Source: an uncultured Pseudomonadota bacterium (lineage in GTDB: Bacteria > Babelota > Babeliae > Babelales > RVW-14). Taken from it: a stretch of 64,000 nucleotides of DNA. Where the stretch lies: positions 44,166-108,165 of the forward strand of contig CAZMQG010000003.1 in NCBI GenBank assembly GCA_964568625.1. The letters are read 5' to 3'. The notes beneath the pieces were generated by a model, which saw nothing but the letters and a program-made list of their open reading frames with translations, made no database searches and was not told where the DNA came from. The position numbers and the translations under genes were made by a program. Positions within the stretch are counted from its first letter, which is position 1; each line of letters opens with the position of its first letter. Shown piece by piece: positions 9,647 to 18,500 of the stretch.

Positions 9647-10363
9647 ATGAATTTTTTAAAACACAGCCTCTTTTTAAGCTTACTGTTTACACACTGTTTC
9701 GGAATGGAGTTCTTTTTCGAAAAATCTAAAGAACAAATAATAACCGGCATATTTGATAAATTAAAAGAAAAAGATGAAACACAAACATTAAATGCAGCAG
9801 AATTTTGGGACATGATGGCGATGGATACACTGACATCAGCAAAAGACACAGTCCTCTCGACAGATAGCTCAGAAAGAGCTTGTTTTTTGGCAGAATTTAT
9901 TGCCGACGCACAAGAAGATGACATTTGCTTAGTTCTTAGACATATGATTAAATTTGGCCAACAAGGTCAAAATAAATTTTACGAATGCATAACCAAATGC
10001 ACTGGATGCAATGGCATAACACCTATAAACGAATTAATCAGATGTATAAAATCTGAAAACTCAAAAATTTATAAACTTTTTTTACAGCTCTTAGATTTCA
10101 TTAAAACATTTGATAGAAATAGGAAAATTCATATATTAACTCAAAGAGAGCTTCATAAGACAGGGCAACAGTACTGGTATGGAACAGAGGAACCCATGTT
10201 AGTAGCGCAACAGGAGAATAAGATCTATATCGTCAACAAAATAGCCGATATTTTATTTGAGGACACAACCACTGATACGCCAGGCTTTAGTAGTAGGCAT
10301 TCCGATCGCGAAGATGAAACAATAGCCCAGTGGAGTGCTAGACGAACAAAATCTCAACCCTAA
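9647..10363 (+). CDS. Hypothetical secreted protein, tandem paralog B
   Basis: I moved the start to the ATG at 9647 (MNFLKHSLFLSLLFTHCFG), which is colinear with the paralog A leader. The track ORF start at 9506 overlaps the end of paralog A. It has the same conserved blocks and the same RTKSQP C-terminus. Confidence 0.75.
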   Translation: MNFLKHSLFLSLLFTHCFGMEFFFEKSKEQIITGIFDKLKEKDETQTLNAAEFWDMMAMDTLTSAKDTVLSTDSSERACFLAEFIADAQEDDICLVLRHMIKFGQQGQNKFYECITKCTGCNGITPINELIRCIKSENSKIYKLFLQLLDFIKTFDRNRKIHILTQRELHKTGQQYWYGTEEPMLVAQQENKIYIVNKIADILFEDTTTDTPGFSSRHSDREDETIAQWSARRTKSQP

Positions 10364-10368
10364 ATCCA

Positions 10369-12660
10369 TTAAGCGTCAATTTTCTCCGACTCTTTGTATC
10401 CGCACTCTTTTTTGGAACAGGTATACGTAACATTGCCCTCTTTGTCTTTAGTTACAACCATAAATGGATTTGAGCACTTTGGACAAGTTTTTTCTATTAC
10501 CTCTCCAAAAACCGCAAACTTACACTTTGGATAACCTGCACATCCCCAAAAAGTTCCACCTCTCCACCTACGTTTAACAAGGTTGCCTCCACATTGTGGA
10601 CATGGAGTTGAAAGCTTTTCTTGATGTATATACTTACATTCCGGATAACCGGAACAGGCAATAAATGGACCAAATTTACCCATTCTTTTAATAAGAGGTT
10701 TGCCACACTGAGGACAAGCCATATCAACAGACTGAGCCTGTGATGAGGCAGAAGTAAGTTTAATTACTCCACTTTCATCACGTTCAAAATTCGAAGTAAA
10801 TTTACATTCAGGAAAGCCTGAACATCCTAAAAAATTCCCCGTTTTGCCAAATCTGATATAGAGATCTTTCTTACACTCAGGACATTTAACATTCGATTGC
10901 ATAGATTTTTTGGTAATATCTTTGCCACCAAATTCAATTAAATCTTTGCGAAATTTTTCATAAAATTCGTTAAGCACCGCATCACGCTTAACATCTCCGT
11001 TTTCAATTTTATCAAGCTGTTCTTCCATATTCGCCGTAAATGTAACATTTATTATATCTGGCAAATTTTTGGAAAGCATATCACTAACAGCTCGACCAAG
11101 CTCCGTTGGCATAAATTTTTTCTTCTCTTTCTCAACATAACCACGCTTTTGAATTGTGGATAATGTTGCGGCATATGTACTTGGACGACCAATGCCCAAT
11201 TTTTCAAGTTCTTTAACAAGCGAAGCTTCGGTATATCTTGGAGGTGGTTGCGTAAAGTGCTGTTTAGGATCAACTTTTTGTAACTCCAGAGAATCTTTTT
11301 CTTGTAAGCCTTTTGGAAGTTTTATAATATCTTTGTCACCCTCTTCTTCTTCAATTTGATAAACTTTTAAAAAACCATCAAATTTAAGAGTAGAACCGGT
11401 AACTCTAAACAGATATTTTCCACCTGCAATTTCAACTTGTCGGAGTGAATACTCAGCGGCAGTCATTTGGCAAGCAACAAATCGCTTCCAAATCAACTCA
11501 TAAAGCTTAAGTTCATCTTTACCCATAAACTTACCGACTTGTTCCGGCGAACGAGCGACATTAATAGGCCTGATGGCTTCGTGGGCATCCTGAGCTCCCT
11601 CTTTTGAGTATGTATTCGCAGACTTTGGTAGATAATCATCTCCATACTCTTTTGTAATAAATTCACGGGTTGCAGTAAGTGCGGTATCTGAAATACGCAA
11701 AGAGTCCGTACGCATATATGTAATCAAAGCCTCGGTATCCTGCCCAATTTGCACACCTTCATACAAACGCTGTGCAACTGACATGGTTTTATCCACAGAG
11801 AAGCCTAATTTATTATAAGCATCCTGTTGCAACGTACTTGTCATAAAAGGAGGCAATGGTTTTTTTGATCGAATTGAATCGGTAATTTTTGATATAATAA
11901 ACTGCTCTTTACTTAAACCCTGAACAGCTTTTTCAGTCTCTTCTTTGGTTTTAAGCTTAATTTGTTTATCATCAATTTTTACAAGCTCGGCAATCAAAGT
12001 CTGTTTGGCATCAATTTTGAAAATCGCATGTACAGACCAGTACTCATCAGGTTTAAAGTCTTGAATGGCATGTTCACGATTGCAAACCAAAAGTAATGCA
12101 ACAGATTGTACTCTACCGGCAGAAAGACCTTTTTTTATCTTTCGCCACAAAATTGGAGAGACTTCATATCCCACCCAACGGTCAAGAACTCTGCGGGCCT
12201 GCTGAGCCTCAACCTTTTTCATATCAACTTCAGATTTATGCCCAATTGCTTCAATAATTGCGGGCTTTGTAATTTCGTTAAAAGTGATTCTATAAATTTT
12301 GGCATCATCTGCAAAGACTTTTTCTATCTCCTGACCAATGTGCCAGGAAATTATCTCTCCTTCACGGTCAGGATCTGATGCGAGATAAACTTCGCTAGAA
12401 TTTTTGGCCTGCTTACAGATATCATTAATAACTTGAGATTTATCTTTCAAAACCTCATATTCAAGTCCAATTTTGTGAGTTTTTTCATCGATCTCAACGC
12501 CAGTCTTGCTCGGTGGCAAATCTTTGACATGGCCAAAGGTCGACATAATCTTATAGTCTTTACCCAAAAATTTAGATATCGTCTTAATTTTTGCTGGAGA
12601 CTCTACTATTATCAGTTTAGGTCCATCTGGATTCATAGTTTTTTTACTCTTTTTTACCAT
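10369..12660 (-). CDS. topA: DNA topoisomerase I
   Basis: Toprim N-terminus (LIIVESPAKIKTISKFLG), an active-site region ITYMRTDS, and four C-terminal C4 zinc fingers of the type CP.C...GCSG(F/Y)PECK. Confidence 0.95.
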   Translation of the reverse strand: MVKKSKKTMNPDGPKLIIVESPAKIKTISKFLGKDYKIMSTFGHVKDLPPSKTGVEIDEKTHKIGLEYEVLKDKSQVINDICKQAKNSSEVYLASDPDREGEIISWHIGQEIEKVFADDAKIYRITFNEITKPAIIEAIGHKSEVDMKKVEAQQARRVLDRWVGYEVSPILWRKIKKGLSAGRVQSVALLLVCNREHAIQDFKPDEYWSVHAIFKIDAKQTLIAELVKIDDKQIKLKTKEETEKAVQGLSKEQFIISKITDSIRSKKPLPPFMTSTLQQDAYNKLGFSVDKTMSVAQRLYEGVQIGQDTEALITYMRTDSLRISDTALTATREFITKEYGDDYLPKSANTYSKEGAQDAHEAIRPINVARSPEQVGKFMGKDELKLYELIWKRFVACQMTAAEYSLRQVEIAGGKYLFRVTGSTLKFDGFLKVYQIEEEEGDKDIIKLPKGLQEKDSLELQKVDPKQHFTQPPPRYTEASLVKELEKLGIGRPSTYAATLSTIQKRGYVEKEKKKFMPTELGRAVSDMLSKNLPDIINVTFTANMEEQLDKIENGDVKRDAVLNEFYEKFRKDLIEFGGKDITKKSMQSNVKCPECKKDLYIRFGKTGNFLGCSGFPECKFTSNFERDESGVIKLTSASSQAQSVDMACPQCGKPLIKRMGKFGPFIACSGYPECKYIHQEKLSTPCPQCGGNLVKRRWRGGTFWGCAGYPKCKFAVFGEVIEKTCPKCSNPFMVVTKDKEGNVTYTCSKKECGYKESEKIDA

Positions 12661-13029
12661 TTTTGCCCCCCAGCAAATTAGCTAAATAATTTACAAGCCG
12701 AAACTTCAACCCGTAAGTTTTTCTTTTTTACCAGCTACAAAATTTTTGTCAAAGTTTTTCTTAAACTTATCATCATAAGCCTAATCATAATATTGCCAAC
12801 TTGTCAATATGCAATGTTTTTATTCGATTTTATCAATTGAATACAAGAAGAAGCAAAATACACAAGCAAGATATACGTTATACTATTGGTACACATAACT
12901 TTCATGATTTGTTATTCGGACAAAAAATTAAAGAAACCATTGACATGGCTACCAACAAAATTCTAAAAAGATTGTATCTTCAGCGCCAAACAATAAGCCA
13001 CTTATAAAAATTTATCGAAAGAACTAAAT

Positions 13030-15210
13030 ATGCTTAAAAATATGTTCTGTTGCCCAGCCAAGCAATTTATAATTTTTTTTATTGGCATATTAATATTTAA
13101 TAATCAAACAATCAGCCCGGTTGATATAAGTAGCATAAAAGACACTTATTCCATATTATCCGATGATTTTAAGCATTGCTCGCCAATCCACGGAGCTGTA
13201 TGGGCTGAGACTCAACTTTTAAAAAAGTGTTATAAACAAATGAAACCCAAACCTGAAGTTTCAGATGCTACAATCGTTTTGATAAATGAGCTATTCCATC
13301 TAATAGGAGACACATTTAGCGTAACAAACAACAAAGGTATGCCAGCAAAATATTTTTCACCTAAAATAATAGGCTTAATAATAGGAACAATAGAACAAAA
13401 TAAAAATCCAAAAGCTCTGTCTAAAAGTATCCAAGATCTAATAAACGGTAACAAAGACTTTATCGCGTCAAATGAAGCTGTAAAAAAAAGCCCACCAATA
13501 ATAAAAGATCATGAACGAATAATAAAAGATCGTGTCAAAAAACTAGCAACTGCTATTTCAAAATCACTTTGCGAATGCGGCTTTATTAAAGACAAAGATA
13601 TACCCGTTTCTTATCCGCCATACACAACACATACAATTCTTCTAGGTTTTTTATATAAACTATCCACAAGCAAAAACGACTTCCGCGCTTATTTTGAACA
13701 ATTGCAAGCAACAATAACCTCAAAAAGTATATTTACTACCGAAGGTAAAAAAATCTTTGAAAAAACAGATTGGAACGCCAACGTTTTCGACAAAAACCAA
13801 GTAGATTCAATAATTAATATCTGCTCAGATGAAAGCAAAAAACTCCAAACAGATAAAACAATACCTGAATTTTTTAAGAACCAATTTGAAGCAGTTGTTT
13901 TTGCCGAAATAATAAAACAGTTTTACCAGCAATCATTACCACAAGTAATAGATGATAGTAGCGCTGATTTTGATACACTTTTTGAAAATAACGGAAAAAA
14001 CATAGCCGTTGGTTTTGGCGATTGCACCGAAACTACAATAAGAAATTTATGTAATTTTATTTTATATAATCAAGACGAAGGAAAATTCATTCCAATCAAA
14101 ACCGAAAGTTTAAATCCATCCCAAGAGTTATTAGACTTTTATCAAGGAGAAAATGCCGATGCCACCAAACACACAAATCCGGATAAACATGGGCCCTGGA
14201 GTAATTTGATGCAAAATATTCCAGGAGTTATTTATGCCCAAATAATCTCCAAAACTGATCCTGAAAACGAACATTATGAAACTGATCATAATATATTGAG
14301 AGACTATGGAAAACCATGCTACGTATTACTTACACAAGAAGAGCTAAAAAAAATTGATCAAAGCAAAATATCAAAAACGGAGGAAAATCAAACCCCTGAT
14401 GGGTCATCTCAGGATGGGAGGCCCTACTCTGCAACCTTCATGGAACAGACTTGCAAAGTTATGGTTGGTATCGAAGAAGATTATATAGTTGCCGGTCCCG
14501 ACCAGTACATAGCTTACGCACTGTGGCCAAGCTTAAAAAATATTATCATTTTGCTAAACCGTCTTTTTGGGCTTAAGTTATATGAAGACCCGCTTACCCC
14601 ATTCAAAGATGAAAAATTTTGTTCAAAATACTTTCCAATTATGTGTGAAAAGTTTGGATGGACTTATTCTGGTCCAAGCATACCTTCCGGCACTAGGCAA
14701 GTAAACCTCGACACTGCATACTTTAACTGGAATAAGTACGTTTTTCACAGCGATAACTCAGGCAATAATATTCACATAAGCTTAACTCGTAATTCAAAAG
14801 CTAAATGGGATATTAATATATGCAAGTCACATTCAGAAATAAAAAACGTTAAAGGCTCTGACGATGGATCCGGCAAAGATAAAGTATCAGGCAAATATAG
14901 ACCAATATTATTTGATGCTTTTCCGAAGTCCCAAGAATCTATAATTCTGTATGATTTACTAGCATTGTACGCACCAAAAACAATCGATCTTAAAAATCTA
15001 TTTAAAAGTGAAACAATAAGCGAAATTAGAAAAAAATACTTACGTATTTTGACAGGTAGTCCTGACACCGGTAGCTCGGCTGAAAGCGAAGACGAAAATC
15101 CATTAAATTTAAAACTTCAAAAGCTAAAGGACTCGTTATTTAATCTAAAAAGCAACCTTGAATCATTAAAAACAAAATTGGAAGCACTAAAATCAACAAT
15201 CAAGAATTAG
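13030..15210 (+). CDS. Large hypothetical secreted protein with C-terminal coiled coil
   Basis: 726-aa ORF with a hydrophobic leader (FIIFFIGILIFNN). I recognise no domain. The C-terminal heptad segment is LNLKLQKLKDSLFNLKSNLESLKTKLEALKSTIKN. Confidence 0.7.
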   Translation: MLKNMFCCPAKQFIIFFIGILIFNNQTISPVDISSIKDTYSILSDDFKHCSPIHGAVWAETQLLKKCYKQMKPKPEVSDATIVLINELFHLIGDTFSVTNNKGMPAKYFSPKIIGLIIGTIEQNKNPKALSKSIQDLINGNKDFIASNEAVKKSPPIIKDHERIIKDRVKKLATAISKSLCECGFIKDKDIPVSYPPYTTHTILLGFLYKLSTSKNDFRAYFEQLQATITSKSIFTTEGKKIFEKTDWNANVFDKNQVDSIINICSDESKKLQTDKTIPEFFKNQFEAVVFAEIIKQFYQQSLPQVIDDSSADFDTLFENNGKNIAVGFGDCTETTIRNLCNFILYNQDEGKFIPIKTESLNPSQELLDFYQGENADATKHTNPDKHGPWSNLMQNIPGVIYAQIISKTDPENEHYETDHNILRDYGKPCYVLLTQEELKKIDQSKISKTEENQTPDGSSQDGRPYSATFMEQTCKVMVGIEEDYIVAGPDQYIAYALWPSLKNIIILLNRLFGLKLYEDPLTPFKDEKFCSKYFPIMCEKFGWTYSGPSIPSGTRQVNLDTAYFNWNKYVFHSDNSGNNIHISLTRNSKAKWDINICKSHSEIKNVKGSDDGSGKDKVSGKYRPILFDAFPKSQESIILYDLLALYAPKTIDLKNLFKSETISEIRKKYLRILTGSPDTGSSAESEDENPLNLKLQKLKDSLFNLKSNLESLKTKLEALKSTIKN

Positions 15211-15278
15211 CACGCAAGCAAAAAGCTTTAACCAAATTATTAAAGTTTATAGCTCAGAGTTAAAATTATTGGAATAAA

Positions 15279-16031
15279 TTACTCAAATCCGTGAATATCA
15301 ATCTCTTTGATTAATTCCGATGATCCTGACTTGATAATTTTACCAGCCTTCATAATATGAACAAAATCAGGGGCCAAGTGTTCGAGAAGTCTTGGGTTGT
15401 GAGTTATTACCAAAAAAGCAGAATCTTTTTGATTTTGGCGAATTTGATTGATCTGGGTGCATATTATCTTGATAGCATCAAGATCAAGCCCTGAGTCAAT
15501 TTCATCAAGAATCGCTAACTTGGGTTGCAAGACAGCCATTTGCAAAATCTCGGCTTTCTTTTTTTCCCCTCCGGAAAATCCAACATTTGTGGCACGTTCA
15601 ACCAAAATTGGGTCGACTTTTAATTCCTGGATTTTTTGATCTAGAAGTTTATTAAATTCATTTAATCGAAGCTGTTTTGAAGTGTTATCATAAATTTGAT
15701 TATATGCCTGACGAAGTAGCTGCTTTAGTGGAACTCCTTCGATTTCACTTGGATTTTGCAAGGCTAAAAACAGACCAAGTTTGGCGCGATCGTTAGGCTT
15801 AAGCGTATTAATAAGTTGTCCACAAAAGTAAATTTGCCCCTCTTGAATGTGGTATCTGGGATGTCCCATTAGAGTCAAGGAGAATGAACTTTTACCTGAG
15901 CCATTTTGGCCCATGATAACATGAGTTTCCCCTGGATTAATTTGTAAATCAATCCCGTTTAATATATCTTTTTCGTCGATATTTACTTTTAAATTTTTAA
16001 CGATTAATAATGCATCCATTGAAATTGTCAT
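15279..16031 (-). CDS. sufC: Fe-S cluster assembly ATPase SufC
   Basis: SufC-type N-terminus (L.IKNL...I..KDILNGIDL.I.PGE.H.IMGQNGSGKS...L.GHP.Y....G.I.F.G). It has the ABC signature FSGGEKKK, Walker B AILDEIDSGLD and the H-loop motif ITH. Confidence 0.9.
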   Translation of the reverse strand: MTISMDALLIVKNLKVNIDEKDILNGIDLQINPGETHVIMGQNGSGKSSFSLTLMGHPRYHIQEGQIYFCGQLINTLKPNDRAKLGLFLALQNPSEIEGVPLKQLLRQAYNQIYDNTSKQLRLNEFNKLLDQKIQELKVDPILVERATNVGFSGGEKKKAEILQMAVLQPKLAILDEIDSGLDLDAIKIICTQINQIRQNQKDSAFLVITHNPRLLEHLAPDFVHIMKAGKIIKSGSSELIKEIDIHGFE

Positions 16032-16122
16032 ATAGCCTTAGCTTGTGTTTTAAATTAAATCTCTTGATATAAAATTTATTATAGTTAAAAGCCTATAGAA
16101 ATTAGAGTTTTTTTGCAATAGC

Positions 16123-16154
16123 GCAGGAGAAGAGCCAAAGACCCTTCTCCTGCT
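16123..16154 (-). terminator. Possible weak hairpin terminator or processing site downstream of 16202..16459
   Basis: 10-bp GC-containing stem: GCAGGAGAAG (16123-16132) pairs with CTTCTCCTGC (16144-16153). There is no clean U-tract on the minus-strand transcript, so confidence is low. Confidence 0.3.
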
Positions 16155-16201
16155 ATAACTTCCAGTTTTTTCTATAAAATACTCTTAAATAAACTCAACT
16201 A

Positions 16202-16459
16202 TTACTTGTCATCGTGATGATGACGTTTATGTTTTCTATCATCACCAGATTCATGCCCAATGATACCACCAGCAGTACCACCAACAACAGCACCAATTGC
16301 AGCTCCACCTCCACCGCCAGCGGCTCCACCGATTGCAGCACCCGTACCAGCACCAATCAAAACTCCGGTAACGGTTTTTTCTTCCTTTGTACATCCGGAG
16401 AATGAAACCATTGCCCCTAGAGCAAATGTAGCCAATAATAGCTTAATTGCCGTTTTCAT
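16202..16459 (-). CDS. Glycine-zipper lipoprotein with His-rich C-terminal tail
   Basis: ATG at 16459 with a GGGAGGG RBS. The leader MKTAIKLLLATFALGAMVSFSGC carries a lipobox. The glycine-zipper segment is GAGTGAAIGGAAGGGGGAAIGAVVGGTAGGIIG (SlyB / 17-kDa-antigen-like). The tail is DDRKHKRHHHDDK. Confidence 0.75.
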   Translation of the reverse strand: MKTAIKLLLATFALGAMVSFSGCTKEEKTVTGVLIGAGTGAAIGGAAGGGGGAAIGAVVGGTAGGIIGHESGDDRKHKRHHHDDK

Positions 16460-16540
16460 AATACCCTCCCTAAAAAATCCCATTTGAACTATCAACTGTT
16501 TTTATTTTACTTGAAAACAAATCCAATCGTGAAGAGTTTA

Positions 16541-16584
16541 ATAAAAGAAAGAGCGGGAGGCCTGAATCTTCAGGCCTCCCGCTC
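16541..16584 (-). terminator. Rho-independent terminator after 16674..17222
   Basis: Near-perfect GC-rich palindrome GAGCGGGAGGCCTGAA/TTCAGGCCTCCCGCTC (16551-16584). On the minus-strand transcript it is followed by TTTCTTTTAT. It stands out against the AT-rich background. Confidence 0.75.
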
Positions 16585-16673
16585 TACAAATTATTAGCTA
16601 AATATAAAAGTAATTATTAAGTTAACATTAGCAAGTTAGCATTAGCTAATTTTTCTTAAAAAGCTAATTCTTA

Positions 16674-17222
16674 TTAAACTCGTCCGCTAAGCTTAACTCT
16701 TGGACAGTATGGACAGAATCTATAACCACACTGCACTTCAAATTTAGTTCCACATTCTCTGCAGTATCTATATCTAATCAAGTTTCCACCGCATTTTGGA
16801 CAGCTTTGTGCTCCAAGTAAAGTAACTTTCTTCCCACAATCTTGACACCATCTGTCAAAAGTGTGCTTCAAAATTTCATTTTCTTCTCTAAGCTGTTGTA
16901 TTTTGCGCTCTCTGTGGGCATCTTTTTGCTGTTTTATAATACGTTCTTCGCGTTCTTCTTCTTTATCAACATCTTTTCCTACTTCACGTCCAAGCAGGTT
17001 TCCAACAAGTCCGCCAATTACCGCACCTGTCACTTTATCATGCCGACCTGCTACGGCGGTTCCGATTAAAGCACCTGATGCCGCACCAAAAGTGCCGCCT
17101 GCTGATTCATGTTTACCACAACCAGAAAAGAGTTGAAGTAATACCACTGACAGTATAAATAATGATCCAAACTTAACCAATTTACTGTATTTGAAACTAC
17201 ACATGTAAAAATCTTTTTGCAT
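16674..17222 (-). CDS. Glycine-zipper lipoprotein with charged coiled coil and C-terminal double zinc-ribbon
   Basis: ATG at 17222 (MQKDFYM...). Lipobox LLQLFSGC. Glycine zipper GGTFGAASGALIGTAVAG...GAVIGGLVGNLLG. An E/R/K-rich helix follows, then four CxxC pairs (CQDCG, CPKCG, CRECG, CPYCP). Confidence 0.75.
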   Translation of the reverse strand: MQKDFYMCSFKYSKLVKFGSLFILSVVLLQLFSGCGKHESAGGTFGAASGALIGTAVAGRHDKVTGAVIGGLVGNLLGREVGKDVDKEEEREERIIKQQKDAHRERKIQQLREENEILKHTFDRWCQDCGKKVTLLGAQSCPKCGGNLIRYRYCRECGTKFEVQCGYRFCPYCPRVKLSGRV

Positions 17223-17235
17223 AAAAGTCCTTTTG

Positions 17236-17646
17236 TTACTTTTCGCTAGTGCAATTATTATTAACACTCTTCGTATCCACTTGTTTAAGATCTTTTTTTA
17301 GATCATTCGTTTTTATGTCTTTTTCATTTTTTCTTTTTTTCTTATAGGCAAAGTGGTTTACAAGCACACTACCAAGAGTTGTTACTGCGCCATATGCTAT
17401 TGAAATAGCACCACCACCCATAGCAACTGATGCGGCAGTTCCTGCAATACCTCCAACAACGGCTCCTACCATAGCACCCTTTTTCTTATCTTTTGATAAG
17501 GAAGCTCCAACTGTACTACCAATTGACGTTCCTAAAACAGTAGTAAAAATAGATTTACTGTCTTTACTACATCCTGCACAAAGTGCAATTACAAAAAAAA
17601 GAACAATAAATTTTCTAATACCGAACAAAAATCTCAAAATAACCAT
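17236..17646 (-). CDS. Glycine-zipper lipoprotein with basic C-terminal tail
   Basis: I prefer the ATG at 17646, which has a GGGGG RBS; the track start at 17658 is a GTG. Lipobox ALCAGC. Gly/Ala zipper GAMVGAVVGGIAGTAASVAMGGGAISIAYGA. A K-rich tail follows. Confidence 0.75.
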   Translation of the reverse strand: MVILRFLFGIRKFIVLFFVIALCAGCSKDSKSIFTTVLGTSIGSTVGASLSKDKKKGAMVGAVVGGIAGTAASVAMGGGAISIAYGAVTTLGSVLVNHFAYKKKRKNEKDIKTNDLKKDLKQVDTKSVNNNCTSEK

Positions 17647-17687
17647 TATAACCCCCACTTAAAATATATAACCCCATTTAAATAAAC

Positions 17688-18470
17688 TTAAATAACCTCC
17701 ACGGCTTTTTGGCTTATCCAACCGATCTGTCCATTTATTTTAATTTTATAGAATCCATTTGAAGTCTTTTGAATTATGACCTCTTTGGCCTCGCTCACAA
17801 AACTCAATACCTGGTAGTTATCACCTGGACCGGATAAAAGCTTTGCGTTATCAGTTATTACTATTCCAAATTGTTTATATTCAAAATTGTATTTACTAAC
17901 TAACATTAAACCAGAAATGGCTATAAATGTAAACAGCATGGCCGCCAGAAGCCTCTTTCGCAACCTAAATAATTTTCGAATGAACACAAAAAGGAATATC
18001 CATAATATTAAAAATACAATTTGAAAGAAAAATAAAGGAGTTGCGCGAATAAATGAAATTATTTGTATTTTTAAATTTTTTAAATTTTTAAATACAGCTT
18101 CAGTTTTTTTATCTTTTTTCCCAGTTTTTTGCGCCTTAATCTTCTCTTTTACCATTTTAATATTACTCAAAAGCTCAGACCTATCAGAAAATCCCCAATA
18201 TTTTTCCGCTCGTCGCCAGTATAGATGTGCAAATCCAAACCTATTAAGTTTGTAAGCACAGTTACCTAAATTGTAGTTTACAACTGCATTTTTATCTTGA
18301 ATTTTTTTATACAATTCCATTGCTAATTCATACTGACCATCTTTGTAAAGACTGTTCGCTTTATCAAAAATCGCCTTATTATCAAGTTGTTCTTTCTTTG
18401 CGTTTAAACAAACAGATAACAAAAATACCACCAAAAAACCCGTAAAAATCTTTAACCGCTTACTTTTCAT
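17688..18470 (-). CDS. batE: BatE-like protein (TPR + TM + C-terminal bacterial SH3 domain)
   Basis: It has a signal peptide, TPR units (A..LYK.G.Y..A...Y..I), a central hydrophobic block and a C-terminal SH3b-like segment (FYKIKINGQIGWISQKAVEVI). It is the last gene of the bat-type array. Confidence 0.7.
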   Translation of the reverse strand: MKSKRLKIFTGFLVVFLLSVCLNAKKEQLDNKAIFDKANSLYKDGQYELAMELYKKIQDKNAVVNYNLGNCAYKLNRFGFAHLYWRRAEKYWGFSDRSELLSNIKMVKEKIKAQKTGKKDKKTEAVFKNLKNLKIQIISFIRATPLFFFQIVFLILWIFLFVFIRKLFRLRKRLLAAMLFTFIAISGLMLVSKYNFEYKQFGIVITDNAKLLSGPGDNYQVLSFVSEAKEVIIQKTSNGFYKIKINGQIGWISQKAVEVI

Positions 18471-18500
18471 TTATATATCCTTAATGTTTAAGCTTAATAA

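Noticed and set aside
12661-13029. The 68-aa ORF (12801..13007) in the topA / 13030 divergent intergenic region.
   Set aside because: It has no RBS, its product is basic and low-complexity, and it lies in a likely promoter region. I treat it as non-coding.
13030-15210. Possible papain-like or OTU-like cysteine protease (deubiquitinase) in the 726-aa orphan, suggested by GFGDCTETTIRNLCNF.
   Set aside because: This is a single short Cys-containing motif. I could not identify an ordered Cys/His/Asp triad or any other family block, so the idea is not supportable without a profile search.
16214-17136. P/A/T/S-rich ORFs on the plus strand (16214..16405, 16260..16487, 16861..17136) opposite the glycine-zipper genes.
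   Set aside because: They are mirror-image artefacts of GGN/GCN-rich codons on the minus strand. They have no RBS or leader, and the minus-strand genes have lipoboxes, RBSs and a terminator.
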